Source: Squalus acanthias (lineage: Eukaryota). From it: a stretch of DNA of 64,000 nucleotides. The DNA lies in the NCBI GenBank assembly GCA_030390025.1, contig CM059432.1, forward strand, positions 42,100,001 through 42,164,000, in the 5' to 3' direction. The notes under the pieces were generated by a model that worked only from the letters and a program-made list of their open reading frames with translations, was not told the origin of the DNA and made no database searches. The translations under genes were made by a program, and so were the position numbers. Positions within the stretch are counted from its first letter, which is position 1, and each line of letters begins with the position of its first letter. This document shows positions 61,888 to 64,000 of the stretch, piece after piece.

Positions 61888-62456
61888 GCTGAACTGATAG
61901 ATCGCAGGTAAAGTGGAGATCAGGGGCACAATCCTCCAATGTAGTGAGAGTGACATCCAATGTATTGAGAGTGTCTTCCGAGGTTGCAGAAATTACCTGC
62001 AAACTCCTGAAAGCAAAATCTCTGCACAAAATGGTGTCAGCAAGAGCCTTTCCCTTAGGCAAGGAAGCAGGTGTGAGGTGTGAGTATTTATGTGATTTCT
62101 TTCAACTGTCAATGTTCAACTCACACTATGGCCACTCAGCTCTTGCCTTGCTTTCACAGGCGAGGTTCAGGAAACCCGTGAATCCCGTGCACAGCCAGTA
62201 AAAGCTGCAACATTAGGTTGAAAAGCCTGTTAATAATCTGTTAATGAGCTCTTAAATACTTTAAGTAGGTCGCCTGCCTCTCCCGAGCAGGTCTCTGACG
62301 CGCGGAAGTCAATGGGGTGAAGTCGGCTTCCCGCTTCGCTGTCATTTTCAGCGCTTTTAACTGCCCACCCACTCGCAAACCTGCACTCATTTCAAAGGAA
62401 AAATTCTGGCCTAAATTTCATCCTGAGAAAGTGCCTGGGGAAGGGAGAGACACCAT

Positions 62457-63208
62457 GGCCTAAAAATTCAGTTGCTTTGCGCAAAGCAACTAGCAACTAG
62501 TGCCTGGGCGCGGCACCACCAATGCCTCCCACAAAATTCAGCAGGAGATTAGTGGCGGCGGTAACCATTAGCACCCCGCAGCGCTGCACCGCCGGCGATG
62601 ACATCATCGCCGTGCGCAGCGCCCCGCTCGCGCAACGGCCACGATCTTCGGTAGCGCCCCCTGACTTACCGCCGGATGCTATGTCCAACAGGGTCAGGGG
62701 GGCTTACCTGCGGCCGGGGCGGCGCAAATTAAACGTGAAGTTGCCTGGTGGCCATTTTTGTTGCTGGCCACCTGCCAGCACCTGCCCCCATTGTCGTCCC
62801 CGGCCTCCTGAGCAGCCCCCCTCCCCCCACCCCGCGGAGTGCCGGCTGCGCTCGGTGAGCCTGGCACTTCTCTTGAGCGCCGGGCTCTTTTGCCGGCACT
62901 CTGATCCCTGGTGGCCCAGCTGGGCCCCGGGTCGCGCTGCGCAAGGCCCCTCCCCTTTAAGAAGGGGAGGAAGGCTTGCAGTAGTGTGGCGTGATTTGCC
63001 GCAGCGCATGGTGCTGCGGCACGTAGCGCCACGATATTCACTCGCAGTGCCCCAAGAGGGCGGTGGGGCGCTTCCAGTAGCTCCCCGCCTCCCTCTTGTG
63101 GCGCTACCGATGAATTTCGGCCGCGGGGGCGCTAATTTTTTCAGGGCGCTAAAAGTAGCAGCCCAGTGAAGTTAGCGCCCTAAAGGGGGCATGACCCAAT
63201 TTTCCCCC
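62457..63208. mobile_element. GC-rich Harbinger-type MITE
   Basis: Ends GGCCTAAAAATT / AATTTTCCCCC with possible CAT TSD. Shares TTAGCGCC/GGCGCTAA motifs with the 1056-5201 termini. Confidence 0.75.
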
Positions 63209-63362
63209 CATTACTTGAATTATTTCTAACTTTTTCTGATTAATTAAATCTCAAATTTAAATATAACATCATGTTACAGTCTCACCTTGTGGCTGGGATG
63301 TAAATATTAGGTGACACTGTAAGAGGTAATAGTTTTTGAATATTGGAACTTAGAATGTCATA

Positions 63363-63465
63363 GGGGTCGATTTTAATTGTTCCTACTGGGCAGGAAATGG
63401 GCAGGAGCGGGTCGGTTGCCTTTTTTACACCCCGATTAATTTTCCTTTCAATTAAAATCGACTCC
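63363..63465. mobile_element. 103-bp MITE inserted in a CR1 tail
   Basis: TIRs GGGGTCGATTTTAATTG / CAATTAAAATCGACTCC. ATA TSD at 63360-63362 and 63466-63468. Confidence 0.88.
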
Positions 63466-64000
63466 ATAGAATATTACAGCACAGAAACAGGCTATTTGGT
63501 CCATCAAGCTTGTGCTTGTATTTTACTCCACATAAACCACCTAGTCTAATCCCACTCTCCTCTCCATACCCTTTAATAATCCTCTTTTCAAGCAACTATC
63601 TAATTATCTTTTAAAAGAATTTATGGACTTTGCTTCAACAACATTTTATGGCAGAGAATTATTTCAAATTCTAATTTACCCCTACCATTTGATTCCTGCT
63701 CTCTAACCATCTCTCTATCCATGTGGCTACATTCGTTTTAATTCTTTGTACTATAAGTCTTTTATATAGTACCGTATCAAATGCTTTTTGAAAATTCATC
63801 TCCTTTATCTATCCTCTCTGCTATTTCTTCAAGGAATTGTATAGGGTTGTTAAGCATGACATGCATTTTAGAATTTTGTTCTGACTGCCATGATTAACTC
63901 ATGTCTCTCCAAGTTCCTAGTAATTCCATTCTGTATTATAGACTATATTGTCTCTGGATTTTCCTGGTAAAATTTGCTTGCTTTTGAGGAGGTCTGGTGA
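63466..64000 (-). mobile_element. Old CR1 remnant
   Basis: CR1-type 3' end near 63470-63510 and a decayed DEFSKSI*Y / CLT RT-like stretch near 63770-63860. Confidence 0.6.

Larger units (their letters stand above)
54430..62411 (-). mobile_element. Outer degenerate Harbinger (about 3.8 kb without the nested element)
   Basis: Ends GGGCTGAATCTC / AAAATTCTGGCC with TAA flanks (54427-54429, 62412-62414). Myb exon 1 starts at 54718, is split at 54850 and resumes at 59026 (ETWLEIAEQV...QCRKRFTDLMRSGK|gtgagt). Exon 2 is 59481-59640 and exon 3 starts at 59790. Confidence 0.8.

Noticed and set aside
62497..63169. GC-rich ORFs up to 215 aa
   Set aside because: They lie inside a GC-rich MITE with overlapping ORFs on both strands and no recognisable domain.

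Overview
Repeat-dominated eukaryotic DNA, most likely a cartilaginous fish (inferred from an HE1-type V-SINE, Deu-domain SINEs, and CR1, L2 and Penelope families). I could not identify a host protein-coding gene. The window is an archive of nested PIF/Harbinger two-gene DNA transposons. The best preserved (1056-5201; 12-bp TIRs, AAA TSD) has an intact 386-aa DDE transposase and a convergent three-exon Myb/SANT-like partner gene. That gene appears to be one base short in a G7 run, which would otherwise give about 459 aa. The element sits inside a solo LTR, and an uninterrupted paralogue of that LTR (26531-27834) supplies the empty insertion sites. A second full-length Harbinger (54851-59022) is inserted into the Myb exon of a third (54430-62411). 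Several degenerate copies, deletion derivatives and MITEs with 3-bp TSDs are also present. Other notable items: a minimal Penelope-type hammerhead ribozyme (33432-33469), a 1.5-kb open CR1 RT segment truncated at both ends and inserted cleanly into another LINE, a MITE carrying three perfect splice donors, and SINE/LINE shared tails. All calls come from reading the sequence by eye; no database search was run, and boundaries of old repeats are approximate.
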